From contig UYFQ01000006.1 of assembly GCA_900617105.1 (NCBI GenBank), positions 868,001 through 932,000 of the forward strand: a DNA stretch of 64,000 nucleotides, read 5' to 3'. The position numbers and the translations under genes were made by a program. Every line of letters starts with the position of its first letter. The first letter of the stretch is position 1. Source of the DNA: Hydrurus foetidus. Taxonomy: Eukaryota. Shown here one piece after another: positions 32,683 to 43,506 of this stretch. The notes below the pieces were generated by a model that had not been told where the DNA came from, did not search any database, and worked only from the letters and a program-made list of their open reading frames with translations.

Positions 32683-35600
32683 ATGCCAGACCGCCTACCC
32701 GCCCCCTACCGCCCTGAAGCCCAAGTTCTTGCTGAGCGCCTGCGTGTATTGCACGGCGGTGCGCTCGACTGGGCCAGCGCGGCCCGCAGTGCCCGCCCCT
32801 GGGTGCAGGCCGTGCGCGAAAACCCGCCGCCGTTTTGGGCGATGGAAAGCCTGCTCAAGGAATACCCTATCTCCAGCGCCGAAGGCTTGGCGCTGATGCG
32901 GCTGGCCGAGGCTTTGCTGCGCGTGCCCGACGCACAAACCGCCATCGCCCTCACCGCCGACCAACTGGGTCGGGCGGACTTTGAAGGCGGCAGCGACGGG
33001 ATGCTGGCGAATTTGTCATCGGCGGCGATTGCGATGTCCAAGCGGTTTTTGCCCCACGAAGGTGGCCATCAACCCCATTTGCTGACCAAACTGGGCGCAA
33101 AAACCGTGGTGGCGGCGACGGTACGGGCCGTACAGCTGCTGGGCAAACAGTTTGTACTGGGTCAGACGATTACCGAAGCCATGAACGAGGCTGTCAGCGC
33201 TCGCAAACACACCACTCATCTGACTTTCAGCTACGACATGCTGGGCGAAGGCGCACGCACCGAGGCCGATGCGCAGCGCTACCTGGCCAGCTACACCAGT
33301 GCTATACAAAACATAGCTACCCGTGCAGATAAAACCTGCGAAGTTGAACGTAATGACGGTATTTCTATCAAGCTGAGCGCCCTGCACCCCCGCTACGAAC
33401 ACACCCAGCACGCCCGCGTGATGACCGAGCTGGTGCCGCGCGTGTGGGGGCTGTGCGAACTGGCGGCCAAGGCCAGCATCAACCTGACGATTGACGCGGA
33501 AGAGGTCGATCGCCTGGAACTTTCGCTCGATGTGTTCGAGGCCTTGCTCGCTCAGGTAGCACAGCATTACCCCCAGTGGGGCGGCTTTGGTTTAGCCCTT
33601 CAGGCCTACCAAACCCGGGCGCTGGAGCTGATTGAACATGTCACCACGCTGGCCCGCCAATACCAAGTTCGCCTGATGTGCCGCCTCGTCAAAGGCGCGT
33701 ACTGGGACGCTGAAATCAAACGCACCCAAGAGCTGGGCTTGCCGGCCTACCCGGTGTTCACGCACAAGCACCACACCGATGTGTCTTATCTCGCCTGCGC
33801 CCAAGCCCTGCTGGCCGCGCCAGACACGATTTACCCGCAGTTTGCAACGCACAACGCGGCCACCATCGCGGCGATTTTGCAGATGGCGGCGAAATCCAAC
33901 ACGTCCAGTTTCGAGCTGCAACGTCTGCACGGCATGGGCGAAGGTGTCTATCGGGAAGTGCTAAAGAACCCGCTCATCGCCTGCCGTGTCTATGCCCCCG
34001 TCGGCGCGCACAAAGACCTGCTGGCTTACTTGGTGCGGCGTTTGCTGGAAAACGGCGCGAACTCGTCCTTCGTTCACCAGCTTGCCGATGAATCGGTGCG
34101 CATGGAAGAGTTGCTGATTTCGCCTTTACGGCTGGAACCCGTCAGTGCCGTGACCCTGCCCGCTGACCTGTTTGGCCCCTCGCGCAGCAACAGCGCGGGC
34201 CTGGATTTGGCGGTGCATGAGATGCTGGCCCCGCTCTTGGCGGCCTACACCACCACAGCGGTGCCTGCGGTGACTGAATTTGATGTCAAAACCACAGCTA
34301 CAGCAGTAGATAAAAGCTATACCAGCTATCAAAATTGGAGCAAAAAACCCGTTTCTGAGCGTGCCACCACCCTGCGCCAGGCCGCCGATGCGCTGCAAAC
34401 GCAAATGCCCCGCTTTTGCGCCTTGCTGGTCAAAGAAGCCTTCAAAACCTGGGGCGATGCTGTAGGCGAGGTGCGCGAGGCAGTGGACTTTTTGCGCTAC
34501 TACGCCGCTGAAGCCGTGCGCCTGATGCAGCCGATGATGATGCCCGCGCAAGGGGCTGGCGACAACTTGGGCATCACAGGCGAAAGCAACACCCTGCGCC
34601 TCACCGCTCGCGGCCCCTGGGTGTGCATCAGCCCGTGGAATTTCCCACTGGCAATCTTCATGGGCCAAGTCGCCGCCGCGCTGGCCACGGGCAATACCGT
34701 GCTGGCCAAACCAGCGGAACAAACCCCTGGCATCGCGCTGGAAGCTGTGCGCCTGCTGCACGCGGTGGGTGTGCCTGTGGACGCTTTGCAGCTCTGCCAC
34801 GGCCCCGGCGAGACCGTGGGCGCAGCACTGGTGGCCCACCCTGGCATTGCGGGCGTGGTGTTCACCGGCTCTACAGCTGTCGCCAAAATCATCAACCGGG
34901 CGCTGGCCGCGAAGGACGGCCCCATCACGCCGCTGATTGCGGAGACAGGCGGCATCAACGCGATGCTGGTGGATTCGACCGCGCTGCCCGAGCAGGTGGC
35001 CGATGCCGTGGTGCAAAGCGCCTTTCGCAGCGCAGGGCAGCGGTGCTCGGCGCTGCGGCTGCTGTGCGTCCACGAGGCCATTGCCGACAGCGTGATCGCC
35101 ATGGTGCAGGGGGCAGCTCAGGCACTGGTGGTAGGCGACCCCGCTGACTTGGCGACGGATGTAGGGCCGGTGATTGATGCGGAGGCCTTTGCATGCATCC
35201 AGCAGCATGTTGTACGGTTAAAAACAGCCTCAAAACCTCTCTTTTCGCCCTCTTTATCAACAGATAATGCTATGAATTTGATACTCCCTCACGCATTTGA
35301 GGTAGCGCAGATCAGCGACATGAAACACGAGATTTTTGGCCCCGTGCTGCACATCGTTCGCTGGGGCAGCGGTGCTTTGAGCGACCCAGCGGCAGTGATC
35401 GCCCAGATCAACCAGCTCGGCTACGGCTTGACGTTGGGCATTCAGACCCGCATCGACAGCCGCGCCCAGGCGCTGGCCGCGTTGGCGCACACGGGCAATG
35501 TGTACATCAACCGCAACATCATCGGCGCAGTGGTGGGCTTGCAGCCGTTTGGCGGCGAGGGTTTGAGCGGCACCGGGCCTAAAGCCGGTGGGCCGCATTA

Positions 35601-35694
35601 CCTGTACCGGTTTTGCGCAGAGCAAACGGTGACGGTCAATACCACCGCAGCTGGGGGCAATGTGACGCTGATGACGGGGCACAACCCCGCTTAA
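32683..35694 (+). CDS. putA: Bifunctional proline dehydrogenase / P5C dehydrogenase
   Basis: SYDMLGE, RLVKGAYWD, YLVRRLLENGANSSF, ISPWNFP, ETGG, SAGQRCSA. Confidence 0.96.
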   Translation: MPDRLPAPYRPEAQVLAERLRVLHGGALDWASAARSARPWVQAVRENPPPFWAMESLLKEYPISSAEGLALMRLAEALLRVPDAQTAIALTADQLGRADFEGGSDGMLANLSSAAIAMSKRFLPHEGGHQPHLLTKLGAKTVVAATVRAVQLLGKQFVLGQTITEAMNEAVSARKHTTHLTFSYDMLGEGARTEADAQRYLASYTSAIQNIATRADKTCEVERNDGISIKLSALHPRYEHTQHARVMTELVPRVWGLCELAAKASINLTIDAEEVDRLELSLDVFEALLAQVAQHYPQWGGFGLALQAYQTRALELIEHVTTLARQYQVRLMCRLVKGAYWDAEIKRTQELGLPAYPVFTHKHHTDVSYLACAQALLAAPDTIYPQFATHNAATIAAILQMAAKSNTSSFELQRLHGMGEGVYREVLKNPLIACRVYAPVGAHKDLLAYLVRRLLENGANSSFVHQLADESVRMEELLISPLRLEPVSAVTLPADLFGPSRSNSAGLDLAVHEMLAPLLAAYTTTAVPAVTEFDVKTTATAVDKSYTSYQNWSKKPVSERATTLRQAADALQTQMPRFCALLVKEAFKTWGDAVGEVREAVDFLRYYAAEAVRLMQPMMMPAQGAGDNLGITGESNTLRLTARGPWVCISPWNFPLAIFMGQVAAALATGNTVLAKPAEQTPGIALEAVRLLHAVGVPVDALQLCHGPGETVGAALVAHPGIAGVVFTGSTAVAKIINRALAAKDGPITPLIAETGGINAMLVDSTALPEQVADAVVQSAFRSAGQRCSALRLLCVHEAIADSVIAMVQGAAQALVVGDPADLATDVGPVIDAEAFACIQQHVVRLKTASKPLFSPSLSTDNAMNLILPHAFEVAQISDMKHEIFGPVLHIVRWGSGALSDPAAVIAQINQLGYGLTLGIQTRIDSRAQALAALAHTGNVYINRNIIGAVVGLQPFGGEGLSGTGPKAGGPHYLYRFCAEQTVTVNTTAAGGNVTLMTGHNPA
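33301..33357 (+). repeat. Dispersed motif copy (putA 1)
   Basis: GCTATACAAAACATAGC-TACCCGT-GC-AGATAAA-ACCTGC. Confidence 0.82.
34279..34341 (-). repeat. Dispersed motif copy (putA 2)
   Basis: Minus strand GCTCCAATTTTGATAGC-TGGTATA-GC-TTTTATC-TACTGC-TGTAGCTGTGGT-TTT. Confidence 0.82.
35221..35285 (-). repeat. Dispersed motif copy (putA 3)
   Basis: Minus strand AGTATCAAATTCATAGC-ATTATCT-GT-TGATAAA-GAGGGC-GAAAAGAGAGGT-TTT. Confidence 0.7.
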
Positions 35695-35905
35695 GGTATT
35701 GCACAGCCCCCTGAAACCGTTGACAATTTCGCCACTGAAATGCTTGTGCACGAAAAAATTTGATGCAATTTCGCACAATATGTCACAATCATGACATCGA
35801 ACTCTTGGGTTATTTTGCCTATAGCGTGCAGACCAGCGACAAAACCAGTATTGTCAGCCGATGGTCAGTATTTATACTGAGTCCCCAACCTAAGGAGATG
35901 TGCAC

Positions 35906-36340
35906 GTGAGCGGAAGTTTGATGATCTGGATTGTGTTGGCGCTGGTGGCCATCTTCCTCGAAATGCTGACAAGGACATTCACCTTGCTGGCCATTGCCAT
36001 CGGTTTTGGTGCGGCGGCACTGTTTGCGTGGATGGGCTTTGGCTTTGTGATTGAGCTGATCGTCGCCGTGATCGTGGGTGGTGCTTGCCTGTGGTGGCTG
36101 CGTCGCTCGCCCACCGGCCAAGCGCTGCAAGAGGCTGAAGAATCGCGCTACAGCGTGATCAGCGACGATGGCGACGAGGTTCATATCTCGCAGTGGGATT
36201 CAGGCGACCAAGTGGCCGTGGTGTTCAAAGGTCGCAACTGGGATGCCAAGCTGGCCAAAGGCTCATCCGCCCATCGCGGCCAGTACAAGGTGCGCGAAGT
36301 GCGTGAAGGCAAGTTGATTCTGGAAGAGAAAAAAGACTGA
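35906..36340 (+). CDS. NfeD-family membrane protein
   Basis: N-terminal TM helices (W....L.AIFLEML), C-terminal OB-like fold (FKGRNWDA); RBS AAGGAG before GTG. Confidence 0.8.
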   Translation: MSGSLMIWIVLALVAIFLEMLTRTFTLLAIAIGFGAAALFAWMGFGFVIELIVAVIVGGACLWWLRRSPTGQALQEAEESRYSVISDDGDEVHISQWDSGDQVAVVFKGRNWDAKLAKGSSAHRGQYKVREVREGKLILEEKKD

Positions 36341-36378
36341 GAATACTGCGAATACTGAGGCAGGTTCGCGCTTTGACC

Positions 36379-36418
36379 CCCAACAAAAAACCGGCTTTTC
36401 AGCCGGTTTTTTGTTGGG
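36379..36418. terminator. Bidirectional intrinsic terminator
   Basis: Perfect 18-bp arms CCCAACAAAAAACCGGCT-TTTC-AGCCGGTTTTTTGTTGGG between convergent genes. Confidence 0.9.
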
Positions 36419-36439
36419 ATAGTGTGCTTTGCGGGTGGG

Positions 36440-37408
36440 CTAATTCAACACCATGCTCAAGCGACGGCGGTAGGTCGATACCAGCGCGGCTTGCGGGTCT
36501 TCTTTCACTGCGGCTTTGCCTGCCAACTCGATGCCACCCGCTGTTTTTCCCGATGCATCGGCGGCCACCTTGGGTTTGGGTGGCGTCAGCAGCTCCAAAA
36601 TCGCCACGTAGGTTTTGCGCGGTGCCTGGGCGTTCCAGGTTTTGTCGCGCATGATGATTTCAAGCAACTCGTCCATGGACTCCAGCATCGCGCCTTGGGC
36701 CATCAGCACCTGGCTTTTGGCGAAGCGGGTGTCAAAGTCGCGCTTGTTTTTGGCGATTTCGGCATCAAACTCAGCAACAGACCAATTGGCGCGGGTGTCA
36801 GTAGCTACAAATTCCATAGCTTTCAACCACTGCACCAGCGCCTCAAAGCGCAGTTGCACGGGGATCTGCACCAGCGCGGGGGCCAGCGCACTGTGGGCTT
36901 CGGGCAGGTAGCCCAAGCTGATGAGCAGTTTGGCGTAGTCAAAGCGGGCATCGTCATTGGCGGGGTTGTCGGCCAACGTCTCTTGCAGCTTGACCAAGGC
37001 CAGCTCCGGGTCAGCGGCATCCGCGTCGGCGCGGGCTTGGGCTTCGGCGCTCAGCGCTTCGTCTTCGGGGGCCAAAGCCTCTGCTGAGGGCACATGCTTT
37101 TCCAAAAAGGTGCGGACTTGACCTTCGGGCAAAGCACCGGTGAAGCCGTCTACCGGCTTGCCCTCGATGACCAAGATGCAGGTGGGGATGCTACGCACAC
37201 CGAACGCAGCGGCGAGCTGCTGTTCGTTGTCCGAGTCAATTTTGACGAGGTTGAAGCGGCCCTCAAAGTCGGCTTCCAGCTTTTCCAGCACGGGGCCCAG
37301 GGATTTGCAGGGGCCGCACCAGGGTGCCCAAAAGTCCACCAAAACGGGGGTGGTCATGGAAGCCGCGATCACATCGGCCTCAAAGTTTTGCAGGGTTACG
37401 TCAATCAT
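36440..37408 (-). CDS. ybbN: Thioredoxin-TPR chaperedoxin (YbbN/CnoX)
   Basis: DFWAPWCGPC plus C-terminal TPR region ending YRRRLS. Confidence 0.9.
   Translation of the reverse strand: MIDVTLQNFEADVIAASMTTPVLVDFWAPWCGPCKSLGPVLEKLEADFEGRFNLVKIDSDNEQQLAAAFGVRSIPTCILVIEGKPVDGFTGALPEGQVRTFLEKHVPSAEALAPEDEALSAEAQARADADAADPELALVKLQETLADNPANDDARFDYAKLLISLGYLPEAHSALAPALVQIPVQLRFEALVQWLKAMEFVATDTRANWSVAEFDAEIAKNKRDFDTRFAKSQVLMAQGAMLESMDELLEIIMRDKTWNAQAPRKTYVAILELLTPPKPKVAADASGKTAGGIELAGKAAVKEDPQAALVSTYRRRLSMVLN
36757..36820 (-). repeat. Dispersed motif copy (ybbN)
   Basis: Minus strand GCTATGGAATTTGTAGC-TACTGAC-AC-CCGCGCC-AATTGG-TCTGTTGCTGAG-TTT. Confidence 0.78.
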
Positions 37409-37528
37409 CGGGTGGAGCTCGGGTTGAAACCTTAAAATTCAAGTTGGCGAGTTTACGGGCTAGGCGCGATGTCTGCCCCTCAAGCTGCACGAGACAACCA
37501 CCTACAACCCCACCCTGCGCACACTTTT

Positions 37529-38020
37529 ATGACATCCCCCCTCGTTGGCATCGTGATGGGCTCCAGCTCTGACTGGGACACCATGCACCATGCGGTTCAA
37601 ATTTTGCAGCACTTCGGCATCGCCCACGAGGCCCAAGTGGTGTCCGCCCACCGCATGCCGGACGACATGTTCAGCTACGCCGAAGCGGCTGTGGGCCGTG
37701 GTCTGCGGGCCATCATTGCGGGCGCTGGCGGTGCCGCGCACCTGCCCGGCATGTTGGCCGCCAAGACCACCGTGCCCGTGCTGGGCGTGCCCGTGGCCAG
37801 CAAGCACCTGCAAGGCGTGGATTCGCTCTACAGCATTGTGCAAATGCCCAAAGGCGTGCCGGTCGCCACGTTTGCGATTGGCGCGGCTGGGGCGGCCAAC
37901 GCCGCGCTCTTTGCCGTGGCCATGCTGGCGTGTGACGATGCCGCTTTGCGTGCCAAGCTCGATGCCTTTCGCCAAGCCCAAACCGAAACTGCACGCAGCA
38001 TGACGCTGCCACCTGTATGA
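37529..38020 (+). CDS. purE: N5-CAIR mutase
   Basis: [36 protein letters not shown]. Confidence 0.97.
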   Translation: MTSPLVGIVMGSSSDWDTMHHAVQILQHFGIAHEAQVVSAHRMPDDMFSYAEAAVGRGLRAIIAGAGGAAHLPGMLAAKTTVPVLGVPVASKHLQGVDSLYSIVQMPKGVPVATFAIGAAGAANAALFAVAMLACDDAALRAKLDAFRQAQTETARSMTLPPV

Positions 38021-39411
38021 ACACCACCCCAGACTCCTGCGCTGCTGAGGCCTTGCTGCCCGGTGCCCTGCCGCTGCTGCACTCCACCCCCATCCCCCAC
38101 GTGGGCGACCACCGCGTCAGCCTCGACGACGCTGGCGAGCTGTCCCTGCGCACCGCGACGGCACGCCCCCGAGAAAGCCGCCCCAGCACGATGGGGGGCG
38201 AGCACCAAATGACTTTGGGCGTGATGGGCGGCGGCCAGTTAGGCCGCATGTTCGTCCACGCAGCGCAGCAAATGGGCTATTTCACCGCCGTGCTCGACCC
38301 TGATGCCGCCAGCCCCGCCGGGCATGTCAGCCACATACACGTTCAAACCGATTACCGGGATGCCGCAGGTTTGGCGCAAATGGCTGCCCAGTGCGATGCC
38401 ATCACCACCGAGTTTGAAAACGTACCGGCCCCCGCGCTGCACACCCTGAGCGCGTCGCGCCCCGTGGCACCCGGTGCCAACGCCGTCGCCATCGCCCAAG
38501 ACCGCGCCCAAGAAAAAGCCCACTTTGGCCGCTGCGGTGTGCCCTGTGCGCCTTACGTGTTGATCGAAACCGTGGCCCAACTCAAGGCCGTGGACGCCGC
38601 GATGTTCCCTGGCATCCTCAAAACGACCCGCATGGGCTATGACGGCAAAGGCCAAGCCTCTGTGCCTGATGTTGCCGCGCTGCTGCTGGCCTGGGAACAC
38701 CTGGACTACGTGCCCTGCGTGCTGGAGAAAAAACTGCCGCTGGCCTCTGAGTGCTCCGTCATTCTGGCGCGGGGGCGCGATGGGCAGATGGTGAACTTCC
38801 CCGTGCAGCTGAACCTGCACCGCGAAGGCATCTTGGCCGTGACCCAGGTTTACACAGGAAATATCTCCGCAGCGCTTGCTGAACAAGCGGTAGCAGCTGC
38901 GAAATCCATAGCGGAAGGCTTGCAGTACGTCGGCGTGCTGTGCGTGGAGTTTTTCGTGTTGAAAGACGGCTCACCCGACGCTGCTGCCCTCGGTGGCTTG
39001 ATTGTCAATGAGATTGCCCCGCGCCCGCACAACAGCGGCCACTACAGCATGGACGCTTGCGACAGCTCGCAGTTTGACCTGCAAGTGCGCACCCTGGCCG
39101 GTTTGCCGTTGACGCAGCCGCGCCAACACAGCCCCGTCATCATGCTCAACCTGCTGGGCGACCTGTGGGCCAAAGGCACGCCCGCATGGGACACGGTGCT
39201 CGCGCTGCCCGGCACCCATTTGCACCTGTACGGCAAGCTTAACCCCAGTGTCGGGCGCAAGATGGGCCACCTGAACATCACCGGTGCCACCATCGAGGCC
39301 GTGCAGGCCACCGCGCTGCAAGCCGCACAGCTACTGGGCATTGCACCTTGGGCACTGGGCGGCGGCGATCTGACGCACGCGGCACCCGCGACACCAGCAG
39401 TATCCGCATGA
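38017..39411 (+). CDS. purK: N5-CAIR synthetase
   Basis: [31 protein letters not shown]...GRKMGH; N-terminal insertion. Confidence 0.95.
   Translation: MNTTPDSCAAEALLPGALPLLHSTPIPHVGDHRVSLDDAGELSLRTATARPRESRPSTMGGEHQMTLGVMGGGQLGRMFVHAAQQMGYFTAVLDPDAASPAGHVSHIHVQTDYRDAAGLAQMAAQCDAITTEFENVPAPALHTLSASRPVAPGANAVAIAQDRAQEKAHFGRCGVPCAPYVLIETVAQLKAVDAAMFPGILKTTRMGYDGKGQASVPDVAALLLAWEHLDYVPCVLEKKLPLASECSVILARGRDGQMVNFPVQLNLHREGILAVTQVYTGNISAALAEQAVAAAKSIAEGLQYVGVLCVEFFVLKDGSPDAAALGGLIVNEIAPRPHNSGHYSMDACDSSQFDLQVRTLAGLPLTQPRQHSPVIMLNLLGDLWAKGTPAWDTVLALPGTHLHLYGKLNPSVGRKMGHLNITGATIEAVQATALQAAQLLGIAPWALGGGDLTHAAPATPAVSA
38849..38912 (-). repeat. Dispersed motif copy (purK)
   Basis: Minus strand GCTATGGATTTCGCAGC-TGCTACC-GC-TTGTTCA-GCAAGC-GCTGCGGAGATA-TTT. 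Confidence 0.85.
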
Positions 39412-40424
39412 TCCTCGACGGCAACGCCCCCAGCGCCATCACCACGGCAGCCCTTGCCTTGCAACGCGGCGAGCTGCTGGGCTTGCCCACAGAAACCGTC
39501 TACGGCCTCGCCGCTGATGCGGGGCAGGCACAGGCTGTCGCCAACATCTTCAGCGCCAAGGGCCGCCCTAGCGACCACCCGCTGATCGTCCACGTCGCCG
39601 ATGTGGCCGATGCTGCGCACTTCGCCGCCCACCTGCCCAGCTTCGCGCACCGATTGATGCAAGCCTTTTGGCCCGGCCCGCTGACCTTGATCGTGCCCCG
39701 TGCCCCTGGCATCGCCGCAGCCGCTGCGGGCGGGCAAGACTCCATCGGCCTGCGTTGCCCTTCGCACCCAGTAGCACAGGCGCTGCTGCGGGCTTGCCGC
39801 GATCTCGGGGTGATGGGCTTGGCGGCACCCAGTGCCAACCAGTTTGGCCGCGTCAGCCCCACCACCGCCGCCCATGTGCAGGCCGAATTTGGCGACAGTT
39901 TGCTGATTTTGGACGGTGGCGCGTGCAGCGTAGGCATCGAATCCACCATCATCGACTGCACCCGAGGCGTGCCCCTGCTGCTGCGCCCTGGTGGCATCAC
40001 CCGCGAACAGATCAAGGCGACGTGCGGATTGAATGTGCCACCGATGCTCTCGAATCAAGAGCAGTCAACACATACAGAACAAGCACCCAAAGCCTCTGGC
40101 ACGCTGGAAGCCCATTACGCGCCCAAAGCTCCGGTGCGTCTGATGAGCGCCAAAGCGCTGCAAACCGCCATCGACATCCTCGGCCCTGACGCTGCGAACA
40201 TCGCGGTGTGGGCGCGTTGCCCGCTGCAAGTCCGCGCCGCTCACCTGCTGGTGCGCCGCATGCCCGACGACGCGCAAGCCACCGCCCAGCAGCTGTTCGC
40301 CATGTTGCGCGGCTTTGACGACCAAGGCTGCAAGCTGATCTGGATAGAGACCCCCCCCGACGACGTGGCCTGGGAAGGCGTGCGCGACCGCTTGCAGCGG
40401 GCTACAGCCGCTACAACCCCGTAG
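39408..40424 (+). CDS. tsaC: L-threonylcarbamoyladenylate synthase (Sua5-type)
   Basis: PTETVYGL, KGRP.DHPLIVH, APSAN, C-terminal SUA5 domain (HYAP). Confidence 0.94.
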   Translation: MILDGNAPSAITTAALALQRGELLGLPTETVYGLAADAGQAQAVANIFSAKGRPSDHPLIVHVADVADAAHFAAHLPSFAHRLMQAFWPGPLTLIVPRAPGIAAAAAGGQDSIGLRCPSHPVAQALLRACRDLGVMGLAAPSANQFGRVSPTTAAHVQAEFGDSLLILDGGACSVGIESTIIDCTRGVPLLLRPGGITREQIKATCGLNVPPMLSNQEQSTHTEQAPKASGTLEAHYAPKAPVRLMSAKALQTAIDILGPDAANIAVWARCPLQVRAAHLLVRRMPDDAQATAQQLFAMLRGFDDQGCKLIWIETPPDDVAWEGVRDRLQRATAATTP

Positions 40425-40459
40425 CAGCCACGGTAAACTCAATGGATTTGGAGAACTGA

Positions 40460-41419
40460 ATGCTTGTAACAGCACCCTCAAGCCGACGCGGCTTTCTCTT
40501 GGCCGCAGGCGCTGCCAGCGTGCTCGCCGCCTGCGGCTCAGGCACCATCGAATCGGCCTTGATCCCCAAGCGCTTCATCTCGTTTGGTGACGGCTTCAGC
40601 GATGTAGGCCAAAACGGCACCCGCTACACCGTGAACGACGGCACGTTCAACATCTGGGCGGCCCAGCTCGCCAACAGCTATGGCATGGGCCTGACGGCGC
40701 TTTCCGCCGGTGGCACCAGCTACGCCCAAGGCAATGCCCGCATCACCAACACCACCGATGCCGCTGGCAAAACCACCACGCTCACGGTGACGAAGCAGAT
40801 CGACAAGTTCTTGGCCACCGACAAGTTCGGCTTGACCGATGTGGTGCTCATCAACGGCGGCATCAGCGACACCATTGCAGAGATGGCCGCCGTCACCTCC
40901 GGCAAACAAACTGTCGCGCAAATGATCACCAACGTCGGCCAAGCAGGCATTGATTTGGCCACCCAAATCCAGCGGCTGGTGGCCGCCGGTGCGAAATACG
41001 TGGTGGTGACCGGTACCTACAACATGGGCAAATCCCCCTGGGCCATCGCTAACACCGCGCAAACCGCGAACATCAGCACCGCCAGTGCCAAGTTCAACGA
41101 GCAGTTGCTGGTGAACATTGTCAACCTGGGCGCCAACGTGCTCTACGTGGACGCTGCCTACTACTTCAACCTGATCACGAATGCGCCCACAGCTTACGGG
41201 CTGCTCGACTCCACCTCGGTGGTGTGCAACACCCTCGACACGACGAATGGCCTGGGTATTGGCATCGGGCAGATCAATTCATCGCTGTGCAACACCAGCA
41301 CCATCGCCACCGGCCTGGACTACACCAAGTACGCCTTTGCCGATCAAATCTACTTCACCCCAGCGGCCAACATCCTGTTTGGAACCTACGCCTACACCCG
41401 CTTGCGTGCACGCTGGTAG
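40460..41419 (+). CDS. SGNH/GDSL-like lipoprotein
   Basis: SRRGFL plus lipobox LAAC; block I FGDGFSDVG; C-terminal FADQIYFTP. Confidence 0.8.
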   Translation: MLVTAPSSRRGFLLAAGAASVLAACGSGTIESALIPKRFISFGDGFSDVGQNGTRYTVNDGTFNIWAAQLANSYGMGLTALSAGGTSYAQGNARITNTTDAAGKTTTLTVTKQIDKFLATDKFGLTDVVLINGGISDTIAEMAAVTSGKQTVAQMITNVGQAGIDLATQIQRLVAAGAKYVVVTGTYNMGKSPWAIANTAQTANISTASAKFNEQLLVNIVNLGANVLYVDAAYYFNLITNAPTAYGLLDSTSVVCNTLDTTNGLGIGIGQINSSLCNTSTIATGLDYTKYAFADQIYFTPAANILFGTYAYTRLRARW

Positions 41420-41457
41420 TCCACGCGGTTAAGGCCCGCAGACAAGCGCCCTTGCGC

Positions 41458-41495
41458 AAAAAGCCCCCAGTGTTGTTAAACACTGGGGGCTTTTT
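41458..41495. terminator. Bidirectional intrinsic terminator
   Basis: AAAAAGCCCCCAGTGTT-GTTA-AACACTGGGGGCTTTTT between convergent genes. Confidence 0.9.
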
Positions 41496-41537
41496 AATGC
41501 AGAGCGCAGATGGTTGCCGCGCTACGCCTACGCCACG

Positions 41538-43343
41538 TTAAAAACTCTCCCAATCATCCGAAGCACCACCTGCGGCGGGCTTAGGCGCGGGTGCTGGGGC
41601 TTTAGGGGCAGACAGCGCGGCAGCGGCGGGGCGGGCCTGTGTGGCGGGCTTGGCGGGGGCGGGGGCGGCCATACGGAGGGGGGCTGAGGCGGCGGGAATC
41701 GCTTTACGGGGTGGCGCGACCGGTGCTCGGGTGGTGGATGAGGTGTTGGCACGCTTCGCAGGGGCTGGTGCTGCACCCATGCCGCGCCCACCGGGCAACT
41801 GGAACACCGCGACGGCTTCTACCAGCGTCAAGGCTTGCACCTTCAAGGTGTCGGCTGCTGCTGCGGACTGCTCGACCAGCGCTGCGTTTTGCTGTGTGGC
41901 TTGGTCCATTTGCGTGACGGCTTGGCCTACCTGCTGCACGCCCATGCTTTGCTCTTGGCTGGCGGAGCTGATTTCGCCCACGATGTCGGTCACCCGTTTG
42001 ATAGAGTTCACCACCTCGGCCATGGTTTCACCGGCCTTATCGACCAGTGCCGTACCGTGGCCTACGCGCTCCACGCTGGCGCTGATGAGGGTTTTGATTT
42101 CTTTGGCGGCATCGGCGCTGCGTTGCGCCAAGCTGCGTACTTCCCCAGCCACCACCGCAAAGCCTCGGCCTTGCTCACCGGCGCGGGCGGCTTCGACAGC
42201 GGCGTTCAGCGCGAGGATGTTGGTTTGGAAGGCGATGCCGTCGATCACCCCGATGATGTCGGCAATTTTGCGCGACGAGTCGTTGATGCCCTTCATGGTT
42301 TCCACCACTTGGCTCACCACATCGCCACCTGCCACGGCGACGGACGATGCACTCATCGCCAATTGGCTGGCCTGTTTGGCATTGTCGGCGTTGTGGCGCA
42401 CGGTGGCCCCCAGCTGCTCCATCGACGCAGCGGTTTCCTCCAGTGAACTGGCTTGCTGTTCGGTGCGTGAAGACAGGTCGTTGTTGCCCTGGGCGATTTC
42501 AGCGCTGGCCGTGGCCACGCTTTCTGCGTTCATGCGCACGGTGCTGACCACACGGACGAGTGAGGTTTGCATGTCGCTCAACGCGGCAAGCAGGGGGGTG
42601 AATTCGTCGTTTCCTTTGTCGCCTTCGCTGAGCAGGGTCACCAAATCCCCATCACGCACGCGGGTTGCCACATTTTCGGCGATGGTGGCACGCTGGCGCA
42701 GGGAGCGGGCAATCGCCCAAGAAGACAGCAGCAGTGCCCCCACAATGGCGACAGCGATAACCATGATGAGGATCAGGAGGGCATTGATGTCAATCTGTAG
42801 CTTGTCGATTCCAGAGGCCAGAGCTTTTGTTTGAAACTCGAACGAACCGTTCAACTCTTTCAACAACAGATTGCGCGCGGGGATGGTCTTTTCCACCAAA
42901 AAGACAAACGCCTCGGCTTTCTGGTCGTCTTGGATCAGTTTGATATTGGCCTCACCTGCCTCCCAAAAAGCCTTGACCAGCGGCGGTACTTTGGCAAACC
43001 GCTCTTTACCTTCCGCCGTGAAAATTCCTTTTTCGTAGGCAGCCAACGTCTCGTCCATAGACCGCCGTTTGTCGGTGATGTAAGCCAACGTGGCATTGCG
43101 CTCTTCGGGTGTGCGCGACAGCATGGCGTGGCGAAGTTGCAGCGACACCTGCGTCACGTTCAGCTCCAACGCTGCCATTCGTGACAACTGCGGCATACGG
43201 TTGGTTTTGGCCTTTTCTGCTACCTGCCCGATTTCTTTCAGGTTGGTGTAGCTCATATACGTTAACCCCGCCAGGGCCACCGCAATACCGAATGAAAGGG
43301 CATAAAGACGCTTGGTGATGCCCGCACCTGAAAAGATGGTCAT
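41538..43343 (-). CDS. Methyl-accepting chemotaxis protein (4HB sensor)
   Basis: Two TMs, [35 protein letters not shown]-terminal pentapeptide DWESF. Confidence 0.95.
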   Translation of the reverse strand: MTIFSGAGITKRLYALSFGIAVALAGLTYMSYTNLKEIGQVAEKAKTNRMPQLSRMAALELNVTQVSLQLRHAMLSRTPEERNATLAYITDKRRSMDETLAAYEKGIFTAEGKERFAKVPPLVKAFWEAGEANIKLIQDDQKAEAFVFLVEKTIPARNLLLKELNGSFEFQTKALASGIDKLQIDINALLILIMVIAVAIVGALLLSSWAIARSLRQRATIAENVATRVRDGDLVTLLSEGDKGNDEFTPLLAALSDMQTSLVRVVSTVRMNAESVATASAEIAQGNNDLSSRTEQQASSLEETAASMEQLGATVRHNADNAKQASQLAMSASSVAVAGGDVVSQVVETMKGINDSSRKIADIIGVIDGIAFQTNILALNAAVEAARAGEQGRGFAVVAGEVRSLAQRSADAAKEIKTLISASVERVGHGTALVDKAGETMAEVVNSIKRVTDIVGEISSASQEQSMGVQQVGQAVTQMDQATQQNAALVEQSAAAADTLKVQALTLVEAVAVFQLPGGRGMGAAPAPAKRANTSSTTRAPVAPPRKAIPAASAPLRMAAPAPAKPATQARPAAAALSAPKAPAPAPKPAAGGASDDWESF

Positions 43344-43506
43344 GTTGTACTGCTCCGGTAGATTGTTGGACAGACCGTTGATTTATGAGGATTCCGCATC
43401 CCTCATTGAATGCTTGACTATCTTCGGTGAGTTTTCAAAAAGATGCAACGCATCGGCTGTTAACCCCGGTTGCCAGCAGTCCTATTCAAAGCATCAAGGT
43501 AGCACA

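Noticed and set aside
36341..36357. GAATACTG direct duplication after the NfeD stop
   Set aside because: Too short, and no element between or beside it to suggest a target-site duplication.
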